Assembly: GCF_001194135.2 (NCBI RefSeq) | Contig: NC_068985.1 | Location: 65,951,252 to 65,991,252, forward strand | Length of the DNA stretch: 40,001 bases | Reading direction: 5' to 3' | Source: Octopus bimaculoides | Taxonomy: Eukaryota | In this document: one piece after another, positions 11,816 to 23,260 of the stretch | Layout: each line of letters opens with the position of its first letter | How positions within the stretch are numbered: the first letter of the stretch is position 1 | Translations under genes and position numbers: made by a program | The notes under the pieces: model-generated | Seen by the model: only the letters and a program-made list of their open reading frames with translations | Databases searched by the model: none | Told to the model about the DNA's origin: nothing

Positions 11816-12516
11816 AGAGGAAAGCAATTAGTTTTAAATCTCTGAACAAGAAGTAAGTAGTAACAGTACTACAGAGTAAAATCCATTTGCCGACATAAAG
11901 TGGCAGTCCTGGTTAGGACGATATTACTACCTTTTTTAGCCCCAGGAAACATCCGTTCCAGCTGGCTACCAACACACAACTGCGTCCTTATACCTCAAAC
12001 AAGGGAGCTAATGTCTCCATTCAACCTTAAAAGGTACCTGTAGACCATGGTTTCTGAGTTATTTCTCTTCATCAGCACAGGAAGACCGTTGGTTAGAGAT
12101 GACAGCACTAGGCCTTGTTTGAAGTATATACTTTTAAAGTGACACACAGTCACTGATCTCGTAAAGAGGAAAGCAATTAGTTTTACTAATGTTACTACCT
12201 TTTTTTAGCACCAGGGAAACATCTTTACCAGCTGGCTACTGATGCACAACTGTGTCCTTATATCTCGAACAAGGGAGCTAATGTCCCCACTCAACCTTAA
12301 ATGGTACCTGCAGACCATGAAGAGAAATAACCCAGAAACCATGGTCCACAGGTACTGTTTAAGGCTGAGTGGGGATATTAGCTCCCTTGTTCGAGGTATA
12401 AAGACACAGCTGTGCGTCAGTAGCCAGCTGGAAAAGATGTTTTCCTGGGGCTAAAAAAGGTAGTAACATTGTCCTAATCAGGACTGTCACTTTATGTTAG
12501 TGAATAGATTTTACTC

Positions 12517-12518
<2 letters not shown>
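11816..12518. mobile_element. Non-autonomous hammerhead-bearing element in a tandem plus inverted arrangement (PLE pLTR-like)
   Basis: Three copies of one ~200-nt unit: A at 11870-12081, B at 12188-12319 (same orientation as A) and C at 12320-12518 (inverted). The leader agaggaaagcaattagtttta occurs at 11816 and again at 12165. The element is flanked by (TA)n and (TG)n tracts. Confidence 0.65.
12037..12081 (-). ncRNA. Minimal type I hammerhead ribozyme motif (PLE-type)
   Basis: Minus strand reads CCUGUG-CUGAUGA-AGAGAAAUAACUCA-GAAA-CCAUG-GUC-UACAGG. It has a canonical core, a 6-bp stem I (one G-U pair), a GAG/CUC stem II flanked by an A-A mismatch, a palindromic stem III (ACCAUGGU) and a GUC cleavage triplet. 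Confidence 0.75.
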
Positions 12519-12559
<41 letters not shown>

Positions 12560-12573
12560 ATGCGTGTGTTGTG

Positions 12574-12610
<37 letters not shown>

Positions 12611-12634
12611 TATATACATATAAGCACACATATA

Positions 12635-13040
12635 GGTGCAGTTGTGGCTATGTGGTAAGAAGCTTGGTTTCCAACCACATGGTTCTGGGTTTAGTCCCAG
12701 TGTAGCACCTACTATAGCCTCAGGCCGACCAAGACCTTGTGAGTGGTCAAACCATCTAACCCATCTAACCCATGACAGCATGGACAATGGACATTAAATA
12801 ATGATGATGATGATGATGTATATCTATGTGTGTGTGTCTTTCTGTCTGTGTTTGTTCCCCCCTCCACCACTGCTTGACAACTAGGTTGGTGTGTTTGCAT
12901 AACATAGTGGTTTGCAAAAGAGACTGATAGAATAAGTACCAAGCTTAAAATATTAGTGGATTGATTCATTTGACTAAAAATTCAAGGCAGTGCCCCAGCA
13001 TGGCCACAGTTTAATGACTGAAACAAGTAAAAGAAAAAGA
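12635..13040 (+). mobile_element. SINE family 1, diverged, containing an RTE 3' tail
   Basis: Head and 3' half match family 1; 12747-12818 is RTE tail plus (GAT)n. Confidence 0.75.
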
Positions 13041-13186
13041 TACAATACAATACAATACATACATACATACATACATTACATACATACATACATTTGTATA
13101 TCTTATAATTGCTTGTTTGTGAAATTAGTAACACTAAACAGGCACTGAATGAACAACTCGATACAGATTGTTGAGTGAAAATAATA

Positions 13187-13212
13187 TTTATTATTAATAA
13201 AGACTGTTTATT
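13187..13212 (-). promoter_or_regulatory. Candidate polyadenylation signals of the BEN gene
   Basis: AATAAA occurs on the minus strand at 13187-13192 and 13207-13212, about 500 nt after the stop codon. The motif is common in AT-rich DNA. Confidence 0.3.
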
Positions 13213-13714
13213 TCAAGTTTTTGCCAATACTTGCTACTCAAAACAGTGCTTACTAAGATGAAAGCAAGATTGCAGAGCTTACGAAGCTTTCTTTTGTTGC
13301 AGTATCAGATCTTCTTCCAAATGATTGATGTAGAATGCAATTCCTGCACAATTCACACCAACTCATTGCCCTAGACTGGATGCATATTAAATTAAAAAAA
13401 ACATCAGATTCATGAACTGGAAACAAAAACCAATGTAATATTGAATTCTTAATGATGTACCAAATTCCCTGGAAAATTTATTTAGATAATGCTGATGAGA
13501 AAGACAACAATAATAACCAAATGTTAGTAACGATGGCAATGATTATGAAAATTACATTTTAATAACACGTTTCAGCTTAGAAATGCTTGTAAGCTATACA
13601 GGTCAAACATTTTGTATATAGCAATAACAGCTAACTGGAAAGTTTCTAAAATGATTCCATGCTTGATGATTATATTTTTGCTCCCCATTTAAAATATCCA
13701 TTAAGTTCCAGTGT

Positions 13715-13830
13715 TTATGATTTTCGATGATCACGTTTGGCATTGCTGATTTTTATTGTGAAAGCTTTATGAAATATGGCCTTGGATACTTTTGTCAGTT
13801 GGTACTCATTACACAGGGATAAATAAAATG
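13715..13830 (-). CDS. Terminal coding exon completing the BEN domain (not in the ORF track)
   Basis: Acceptor is ttcattaatttgcag|CA, phase 1 as required by the preceding exon. It reads (T)FYLSLCNEYQLTKVSKAIFHKAFTIKISNAKRDHRKS*, a BEN-like C-terminal helix ending in basic residues. The stop codon is at 13715-13717. Confidence 0.8.
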
Positions 13831-15018
13831 CTGCAAATTAATGAAAGGATAATAAGAAAAGAACATTACACCATTAATTACAAAAAACATGTTTTAAAAA
13901 TTAAATAACAACATATAATCACTAAAAGGTAAGACCAAATTACCATTTCTTTCACCATTATCATCACAACCACCACAACCTTGGCCATTACAACCCATTC
14001 CTCAGTATCTCTACTAACTTTACAAAGCAAAAGATGAACTTCTACATAGTTGCTTGACTTGCTAGAAAGAACATCCAAATCTCCCTCAAATTACACTCCC
14101 ATGCCATCTTAAAAAAATGAAGGACACATTGGATAATGTAGTCTTAGATATACAAAAACAATTTCTGACCAAGGATGACTAGGGCCTAAGCAACAACAAC
14201 TCCCATTATAACCGCTTCGATCACCACAGCTTCAATCTTTATCTCTAACAAATCTCACTATTATCAGAAAGAGCAGTGAAATTTGCATCAAATCATAGTT
14301 TACCAGTTTGGATACACTATATATAAAAAAGAGAAAAATAGATGAGATAGTCATAGCTGGAAAGCTTATAGATCTACTAGATTAAGACTGACCTGGGCAA
14401 AATTGACAACACCTCCATCTCACTATCACCATTACTTCTACTGTTCCTACATTACTTTCACCACTAGCATCACCATTATTACCATCACTACCACTACAAA
14501 GAAACCTTTACATTTTTTTTTTCACAATTTGCTAGAAATAACAGCCAAAGCAAAAGAGGCCCTAGATGGACACTACTTAAAAAAAATGGATTGGATAGTG
14601 ATAGCTAGGATGGTTTTTATCATAGAGAATAATCAACAACATCAACTGGGGTAATCAACAACAACATCACAACATCACTATCATTCTGTTCAACCACTAG
14701 TACAATCATCACTACAAGAAACTTCAACATCATTATCACTAGCACCTAATCCCAACCACCTTTTACTATACAACTGATGAATCAGCAATGTCTACCTAGA
14801 AATAATAGCCAAATTTACTTTACATAACCTATACAATCATAAGTAAGTCACCTAAGACTATTCTGGATATTGTGGTATTAGATTCATGACAAAGTCTTGC
14901 AGTGGTCTTAATTAAAACGTCTTTGAGAAGAAAGGAAAAGATTTTGGTCAGCTAAATTAGTATCAAGCTTGATCTAAAAATCAATGACAGTATTGAAAAG
15001 TTACCAAACATTACTTAC

Positions 15019-15301
15019 TTTCAATAGCATCGACTTTTCTACGATCGAGAGGACATCCACTTTCTGCCTTTGTGCGTCTTAGACCAAGACCCGAAGAATG
15101 TTTTAGTTCCCATTTGGAAAAGACCAAATTAATTGCTCCTTGCAAAACTGAAAGACTGAAATAGTGCATGCTAACAGGTGAAATTGGCCTCTTGGCATTG
15201 ACTATTCGGTCCATGAGAACTTGTAATTGTAGATTATCAACAACAATGTCTGGGTAGGTATCAGATCCACTGGTTTCAACAACACTGAGTAATGGAACCA
15301 T
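15019..15301 (-). CDS. Coding exon encoding the N-terminal part of a BEN domain
   Basis: Long polypyrimidine tract ending ctctatag|ATG, and donor GAAA|gtaagt; 283 nt, phase 0 to phase 1. The translation ...AINLVFSKWELKHSSGLG...PLDRRKVDAIE fits the BEN pattern (lFs.eeL..ss..G...LD..kv.aI). Confidence 0.85.
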
Positions 15302-15669
15302 CTATAGAGGAGGGTGAAAAATAGGAAAGAAAGAAAATAATATTATTTATAAGGTGCTTTACAAAGATTCCAGATTTGACAACTTTAATAAGTGATTGCT
15401 GTTGTAGCCCTGAGTCAACCAATGTCTTAAGAAACAAATTTAACTTGGAAATTGTGCAGGAGCCTGTCAGATATATGCATGCGTGCAAACATACATATAC
15501 ATGCATACACATATATTTGTATGAATATGTTTGTATAAGTACTAATATATTGAGAAAAAAATTAAGTATAAGAAAAATTAGATATGGAGTGTAAGTGAGA
15601 AGACTGAGTGGTGTGGTCCTGTGATGTGTATGGATGAGGACAACAGTTTGACACCTCTGTAGTTACTTC

Positions 15670-16010
15670 TCTCAAAGGCATTTTATTTATCCTAGTAGCA
15701 ACACCAGTTATTGGATATGTTACCTTCCTGTACAATCTGATTAACTATATGGATGACTAGGCCATAGCCTACTCCAACTATTTTACCAATAATTCCTGAT
15801 GGAGCAGGAACCTTCCCTGTCTTCATATCCTTAATTGCTTTATCTCACATACTGCTGACAACCTCCATCAGGTTCACATTAAGAAAATTCTTCCCTTCTC
15901 ATACATTCTCCCCATGTAGTAGCTTTCTATAGTGACATTTCCATGCTTTTTGCTTTTCAGAATCATGCAGTGCAAATGTAGCATCGTCCATCCATACACA
16001 CTTCACTCTT
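15670..16010 (-). mobile_element. RTE LINE internal fragment
   Basis: KCVWMDDATFALHDSEKQKAWKCHYRKLL...DKAIKDMKTGK, homologous to about 7630-7860. Confidence 0.7.
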
Positions 16011-16020
16011 ACAACATTAC

Positions 16021-16056
<36 letters not shown>

Positions 16057-16474
16057 CATATGTACAGATACATACATGTATATTGGCCGAAGCCTCTCTG
16101 CTCACATGTGCCATTGCTCGTAGTTGTATACATTGCTTTGTACACAAAATAACAATAGTAGATTATTAAAAAATATTATGTAGGTTCAATTATTCTTACA
16201 AGTAGATAGTCTTCCTCAGTCAGCAGTTGTATGAGATGCACAGTGTATCCACAGAAAAAGGTATAACACATGCAATCCAGTAAAACATTGCAGGCACTGT
16301 TCATGCTTGAGCAGATAGTTTTCAGGCTGGTGGACGCACCTGTAATGCAATACCATGTATTTCATAGTTCTTGGTAGTGCTATAATCTGGTACCTCCTGA
16401 AGATGTTGCTGATCTGGCTCTGCTATAATCAGGAACCCTATGGAAAAATTGTTGATACAAGCATATTTAGGGTA

Positions 16475-17280
16475 TACAAGGTGCCTTCCAGAAGTTCTGA
16501 GACTTTTTTAGGAGAGGCAGGTACAACTGTCCTTGATTTTGTAATTTTAGTCTATCCTTACTATGCATCTAATAAACTGACCTCCTAACTTTTGCTATTC
16601 TAGATTGAAAGAGATAGCACTTTGAACACACCCTACTAAATATGCTTGTCACAGCTGACTAGTTTGCAGAATGCAACTGAGATGTTTGGAAGCTCACTGT
16701 GCAACAAAGTTTCATATTCAGCTTCGCAAAGACACTACAGAAACTTATGAAATGCTCCAGAATGATTATGGGTGAACGCTTTTGCTGGTGCAAGTGGTTC
16801 AAGGATGGCAAAAAGGTGAGAAATGATGAAATGTGAGGGAAGGAGAGAGACATTAGAACATCAGAGCTGACTGAGAAAGTTCACAATGTTTTGGATAAAG
16901 ACCATTGTGTGTCTATAAAGACAATAAACATACTGTTTGGAGTTGGAGTGGCAACTATACACACACTTATTCATGAAGATCTGAACACGTGCAAAATCTG
17001 TTCCCAGGGTGCTCCAGATCTTGCTACCTGTAACTTTAGGTTTTTCCCCAAACTGAAGGAAAACCTAAAGGGCAGTTATTTTGAAAATAAAGGAGGCTGC
17101 AACAAAGATACTTTCCCTTTGGCAGGCTTCCATGGTGCATTCACAAAGTGGCTAGAGCACTACAAGTGCATTACAAGTGCAGAGTATCCCACTTTAAAGG
17201 AGACTAGAGTTTTGTACTTCTTTGAAATTAATAAATGTCCCACCTGAAAATGTCTGAAAACTTCTGGAATGCACCCTGTA
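16475..17280 (+). mobile_element. Internally deleted mariner element with TIRs and TA target duplication
   Basis: Left TIR tacaaggtgccttccagaagttctgagac matches the reverse complement of right TIR gtctgaaaacttctggaatgcaccctgta, and TA flanks both ends. The HTH remnant joins directly to APDLATCNFRFFPKLKENLKG (YSPDLAP region). Confidence 0.88.
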
Positions 17281-17444
17281 TATACACACAGGTAGATGGG
17301 AATGCTGACATTGATGACATGAATTAACAAGATTACATAATGTTTGAATCATTATGTAAATTTGGCTATTGTTTGTTGAAATCAATATTTATAAAGCATA
17401 AAATACCAACAGCAACATCAATGTCATTAATATCTAGGAATAGG

Positions 17445-18300
17445 AAAAGCTGAGAGTAAAACATTTGCCAATGTTCAAGGCCTGATGAATCAGAAGCATG
17501 AGATATTCTGAATTATAAGGTGGTGTGTGAGAGAAACTTTAGATGTTGTTGAGGAGAAATGCATACAGGATGATAATGTCACTCTTGCACTTACAAATGA
17601 TGTAAAGAAACAGGTATAGAAGGTCTATAAGAAGCTATTAAATGAGAATAACACATAGGAGAAGAAGGGTTTACCCCCAAGAAGTGTAGTGGGGTCACAG
17701 AGGCTAACAGAGAAGGTAACATTCATATAGGAAGGTTCACAGGAACAATATGTACTAAGAGCACATGTGAAATAGACTCCTTCCAAGGCTTAGGGGAGCT
17801 CTCTAGAAGTAATTGCTAGTTTCTTTTTCCTACAGGACCTAACTAGCAAGGGTGGGAGGAACACTGAAAGTATAGAAGACAGAATAAGAAGTGGTTTGAA
17901 AAAGTTCAGTAAGCCATTACCTCTGCTGGCAACAAAGGAGTTTTCTCTCAGAGTGAAGTGCAAATAGTTTGGTGCTTGTGTATAAAGACTGATGTTGCAC
18001 AGTTTTAAGATGTAGGCCTTGAATGTGGGAGACTTTTAAAAACTAGACAGAAATAAAACAAGTAAGTGGAGAATGCATGAGAAGAGAAGAAATAAAGCAA
18101 CCAAGAACTGCATACAATATTAGTGTACCTGAATGATGAAACACAAATGAACTGAGAGAAAACTGAATGCAAGAGAGAAGACTATATTGGAATAGATAGG
18201 TGATGCACATTGAGGTGGAGCATCTTCATGAAGAAGTGGACTATACTTAAAATGAATGGAACCATCAGAAGAAGACAAGAAAAGACTTGGGAGGATGTGG
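17445..18300 (+). mobile_element. Internally deleted RTE LINE fragment
   Basis: The start resembles 7530-7740 (tttgccaatgttc..., gtgtgagaga). The later part resembles the RTE C-terminus (gacagaataagaagtgg...ttacctctgctggcaacaaagg, aaaagacttgggaggatg). Confidence 0.65.
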
Positions 18301-18304
18301 GAAG

Positions 18305-18344
18305 TGTGTGCATATGTGTGTGTGTGCATGCATGCGTGTGTACA

Positions 18345-18422
<78 letters not shown>

Positions 18423-18525
18423 TATATATATATATGGGCAACTACCATAAGGCATACAGAATTATACATGCACATGTATATGTGCATGTACACGTGTAGG
18501 TCTATATATATATATATATATATGT
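18305..18525. repeat. Compound (TG)n/(TA)n microsatellite
   Basis: Direct inspection. Confidence 0.95.
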
Positions 18526-18527
18526 AT

Positions 18528-18725
18528 CATTTACCTTTTACTTGTTTTGTCATTGGATTTTAGCCATGCTGATGCACCACCTTGGAGGGTTTTAATTGAA
18601 TGAATCAACCCCAGTACTTATTTTCTTTTAAGCTTGATACTTATTCTATCAGTTTCTTTTGCAAAACTACTAAATTATGAAGACATAAACAAACAAAAGC
18701 ACCAGTTGTTGAACAGTGGTGGGGT
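18528..18725 (-). mobile_element. SINE family 1, 3' half
   Basis: Reverse complement of the family 1 3' region (gatagaataagt, gcatggc, acaagtaaaag). Confidence 0.65.
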
Positions 18726-18890
18726 ACAAGCGCGCGCGCGCACACACACACACACAATCAGTAGCTGTATTATCTTCACTACTCCTGCTGCTCTTCCTTC
18801 TTTTGCATCCTTCTATCATCTCTAACTATTGATAGTCTGCCGCCCCTCACCACTTATATAATCTCACATACCCATATAACCTTCCATGTA

Positions 18891-19618
18891 TCTGTATATA
18901 TAAAAGGCAGGATGTGTGTGTGTATGTACGTGAATGTAATTTATGCATGTCCACAAATTAGCACGCATGTCACTCCAATTTTAGGAGGACATTCGTCATG
19001 ACCCTAGCTGTATTTTCGTCAACTTATTTTTCCCAAAGGCACCAGCGAATAGCAGTAAAAATAAATTTTCAACCAAAACATTTAACAATTTTCAAGTTGG
19101 GGAAATCACAATTGTTTACAAACAGGAGTTAAGTCCCTTTCTAGTGACGAGTAAGTTTTTGTTAAGACTTTTGTTGTTTTTTTTTCCTATCGAGGAAAAA
19201 AGTGTTTGTTGATATATGGGCACTGCCCCCCACCACATACGAACATGTATGCGTACAAAAAATATGTATGCAATTGGTGTACGTATGTGTGTGTATGTGT
19301 GTGTGTTGCCCATATATATATATATATATATATATATGCTTAAACTTAGTTGTGATCTGAACATAACTGCTTCTGGCACAGAGAATCGGGAGCCCTTTTG
19401 GGCATTTTATTTTCCTTGCTGGAAGGGTTCCCAACCCATCAGCAAAGAGGTCTTAGATGATGGGGGTGTCGATCAAACTCCCAAGCCATGCGCTCCCATT
19501 GTGACACTGATTCTGCCCAAATTTGACGTCGATGTTACTTAGTTTGGTTTGAAATAAAGAACTTGATTAGCTTAATAATCCTAACTTAATCCCGGACAAA
19601 GCCGGGCTATACTGTTAG
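18891..19618 (+). mobile_element. Non-autonomous Helitron-like element
   Basis: The 5' end is A|TCtgtatatataaaaggcag. The 3' end has a cccgg-acaaag-ccggg hairpin (19591-19606) followed 8 nt later by TTAG|T, a degenerate CTAG. It sits between A and T. Confidence 0.6.
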
Positions 19619-20044
19619 TAGACCCACTTACACTCACCTTTTGCCTTATAGGGGTACTTTGGCACCTTGACACCCTCCTACACCTTGCAGCTCCAACCAA
19701 TGATTCCCCACATTTTCTTTTCCATATTAGATGTGAGTAGCCATAACCACACAGGTCATTTTGCAGGAAACTGTTTTTCCTCCCTCTCTCATCCTTAAGC
19801 ATTCTCTAGTGCATTGGACAAAATACATTCTGCTTTTTGTTCTGTGTTCAAAAGCTACCCAGGCTGATTCTGCTATTCTATCTTAAAAAGTTGTAAAATA
19901 AATGCTATACAAAATACTGGGGTTTACACAACCAGTCCAAACCCTTAAAAAACAATATTCCCATATGACAGCTGTTATAGAAAGAATAAAAAAACTATAT
20001 ACAAAGACAATGCTTGGTCTTTTTTGAATATACTCTTATGTAAT

Positions 20045-23000
20045 ATACCATCTTCCTCATTTAGTGAGTGCTTTCCCTGCTGGCATGGGTTAGAAGGTTT
20101 GACTGGAAATGATAAGCTGTACCTGGTTCCAGTCTGATCAGTATGGTTTCTACAGCTGCATACCCCTCCTAATGTCAACCACTCCAAGAGTGTGATGGGT
20201 GCTTTTACAGCATTGGCCATGACTATGATTTCACATAGCTTGATGAGTCTTCTCAATCACAGTATATCACCAAAGGTCTCAATCACTTGTTATTGCCTGC
20301 ATAAGACCTATCATTTGAAGATCATGCTTCACCACCATGTTCCATGTCTCCCTCTCACACAGGTTTCCTCTACAGTTAGAGATCCTCGTCCATACACATC
20401 ACATATCCACACCAGTTTAGTCATCTCTCTTGCACATCACATCTGATGCCTCTTACGGCCAATTTTTCTCTCAAGATGCTTACACTCTGTTGTATGTGTA
20501 CACTGATATTGAACATCCAGCAAAGCACACTAAATTCATTTCTTTCAAACCTTCACATGTCCTCTGTAGTCAAATCCATGTTTCACTACCATGTAACATG
20601 GTTGTTCTCATATAGGGATCATATAATCTGCCTTTCATTCTGTTACCAACAAAGGTAGAAGCTCTCTGAACTTTGCCCAGCCTATTCTTATTCTAGCAAT
20701 TATGCTCTCGGAGCATCCACCTCCACTGCCGACTTGGTCCCCTAAATAACAAAAGCTGTCAACTACTTCTAGGTGACCCCACTGACATTTGATGGAGTCT
20801 ATTTTTTGTACATTTCTAGTATTTTTTGTACCTGTACATCTGCCACACACAAAAACTATTTTCCCTGTTAACCTTCCTCTGATACTGCTGCACCCTTTAT
20901 GTTTCCACAACTTACACTGAGTACACCTTATAGAGTTTCTACTTATGCCTTTTCTACAAATTGAGCAGGGTCATCTACCTGAAGGGATTTATAATTTATC
21001 TGCTTTCCTACTTACTAAGACTGGTTTTTGCTAAATTAACTCTTTGATTCCAGACTTTGCTTCCACATCTGAAATTTAATCTCCAGTTCTGACAGTGATT
21101 CAGTGATAAGAACAAGATCATCAGCACAGAGGAGCTCCTAGGGGCAGCCTGACTTAAATTCCTCTGTTACTGCCAGGAGGGCTATGATGAACAAGAGGGG
21201 GCTGAGGACCAATCATTGGTGAACTACCTGTACACTGAATTCATTGCTATACTCATTATTCCCAACCTTCACCTTACTGACAGTATCTTTGTGCATGGCT
21301 TGTACAGCTCTCACCAATCACTCATCTATCCCTAGTTTCTGCATTGACCACCAGATAAAGGAGCAGGGGACCCTGTCAAAGGCCTTCAACATGTCAACAA
21401 AAGCTAAGTACAGAGGTTTATTTTTGGGTAAGTATTTCTCCTGCAGCTGCCTTACATGCATCAGTGATGCTTCTCCCTGGCACAAAACCAAACTACATCT
21501 GATCTAGACCAACTCTCTCCCTAATTAGTTGGGCTATGACTCTCTCCGTAACTTTCATCAACTGATTCAAGAGTTTGATAACTCAGTAATTATTTCTGTC
21601 TAAGGCATCACCTTTATCTTTGTAGTAGTTGACTATAGTGTAGTTACCTGATTAACTATATAGGTGACTATACCATAACCCACAACATCAGATATTTTAA
21701 GCATCTCAGTGGTGATTCCTGATGGGCCAGAGCTTTTCTGGCCTTCATATCCTTTATGGATTTATCTACCATGCTACTGTCTCTTTGAATTTCCAGTCCC
21801 TCTGTTAGATCCACCTTAGGTAGACTCTCCTTCTCCTATGGGCTCTCTACATTTAGCAACCTTCCATAGTGGCACGTCAAAGCCTCCCTCTTTCTTTGCA
21901 GAATCATTAACTGCAAGTGAGCCATCATCCATGGAAGCACACTCCTTTCCAACAATATTACAATTTTTCCAGGTGCACTGCCTTGCAAACTGAAACACTT
22001 CAAGCCACTGGTCCTCACACTGCAGAACATTGGCAAACTTCTTCCTTTGTGCTTCAACCCTTGCTAAATATACCTGCCTCCTAGCTTCCCTTCTAGCTGC
22101 CTGATAAAGCTCCTTGCTACCACCACCCTTCTAGTCCTTCCAAGTCTGTTTCTTTGCTCTAGTGGCCGTCAACTACACTGTTCCACCACCATGTCATCCT
22201 AGGTCAGGTTGAGACTTTGCACCAACCACAAATTTGGTCTATAGCTCTCAGTAAGTTGTCTTGTAGGAACTTCCAGTTATATTCTATGTTATAAGTCTGT
22301 AACTCCTCCATCTCCTCCTCCTTAAATGCTTCAGTTAGGATGTCTCTAAATCTCTGACTATTCAAAGGATCCATAAACTTCCAGATCATTCTTTTCCAAA
22401 CTGGCTTGCTTTTTGGAATCCTTTCTGCCTGTAACCTATGCTGAGGGGCATATTCTTCACCAGGGAAGGACTCTGCATTTGTGAGCAGCCATGAATCCTG
22501 TTTTCTGGTGAGAATGTAGTCAATCTGGTTAGCATGGTCACCAGAATTATAGGTTACCAGGTGACTGGCTGGTTTTCTGAAGTTGGTGTTGCTGGTCATT
22601 AGGTCATTCACAACACAGAACTCCAGTAATTATGTTCTCTCTTCATTTCGGGAACCAATTCCATAGCCCTCATGCATCCCATGGATGACACCCAGGTACT
22701 GCCCAACATGTCCATTGAAATCACCAGCTATGAAGATAAGGTCACTGTCATTTGTCTTTGAAGCAGCCTTCAAAAGAGTATCATAAAAGAGTATCATAAA
22801 AGAGTATCATAAAAGCAGACCCAGCTGTAGGGCATAGGCAAAGATGTTTGTTGCCATGATACTCTGCAAAACTAGTCTAAGCTCAAGTACTCTATCACAT
22901 ACTCTGACAACCTCAATCATCTTATTTACCAATTTCTCTGCTAGAAGTATACCCACACCTCCTACCCCATCATTTTTACCTTCCTTGAAAAATTTATACC

Positions 23001-23260
23001 TATGCCTTTTGCCTGTGAGGAATGTGGCTGAAAATACCTTCTACCTTACTTCTTGGATGCAACACATGTCAACACGTCTCTGTTCAAGCACCTCAACAAT
23101 CTCAACAGACCTACCATTCAATGTACCTACATTGACAGTGCCAACTCAGAGGAAATGTAAGGGGAGGCAGGTGGTAACATGGGGAGGGGGAACTGCGGCT
23201 TTGGCATCTGAAAAGAAGGTTGTAATGAGCATTTGTGCTCGCATTTAATCCATCATCATT
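20045..23260 (-). mobile_element. Near full-length, heavily decayed RTE LINE inside intron of the BEN gene
   Basis: Minus-strand remnants include GTVNVGTLNGRS..CCIQEV, NTNFRKPASHLVTY..NQIDYIL and VVDSFCYLGD..RIRIGWAKFRELLPLL. The family 3' UTR (aacccatgccagc) lies at about 20070-20085. Confidence 0.88.

Noticed and set aside
13260-13360. Alternative terminal exon (RIAFYINHLEEDLILQQKKAS*)
   Set aside because: The acceptor is weak and the peptide has no BEN-like character; 13830-13715 fits much better.
14774-14805. CTGATGA...GAAA spacing
   Set aside because: There is no stem II or stem I pairing, so this is a chance match.
22772-22810. 13-bp unit repeated three times inside the RTE
   Set aside because: Ordinary post-insertion slippage.
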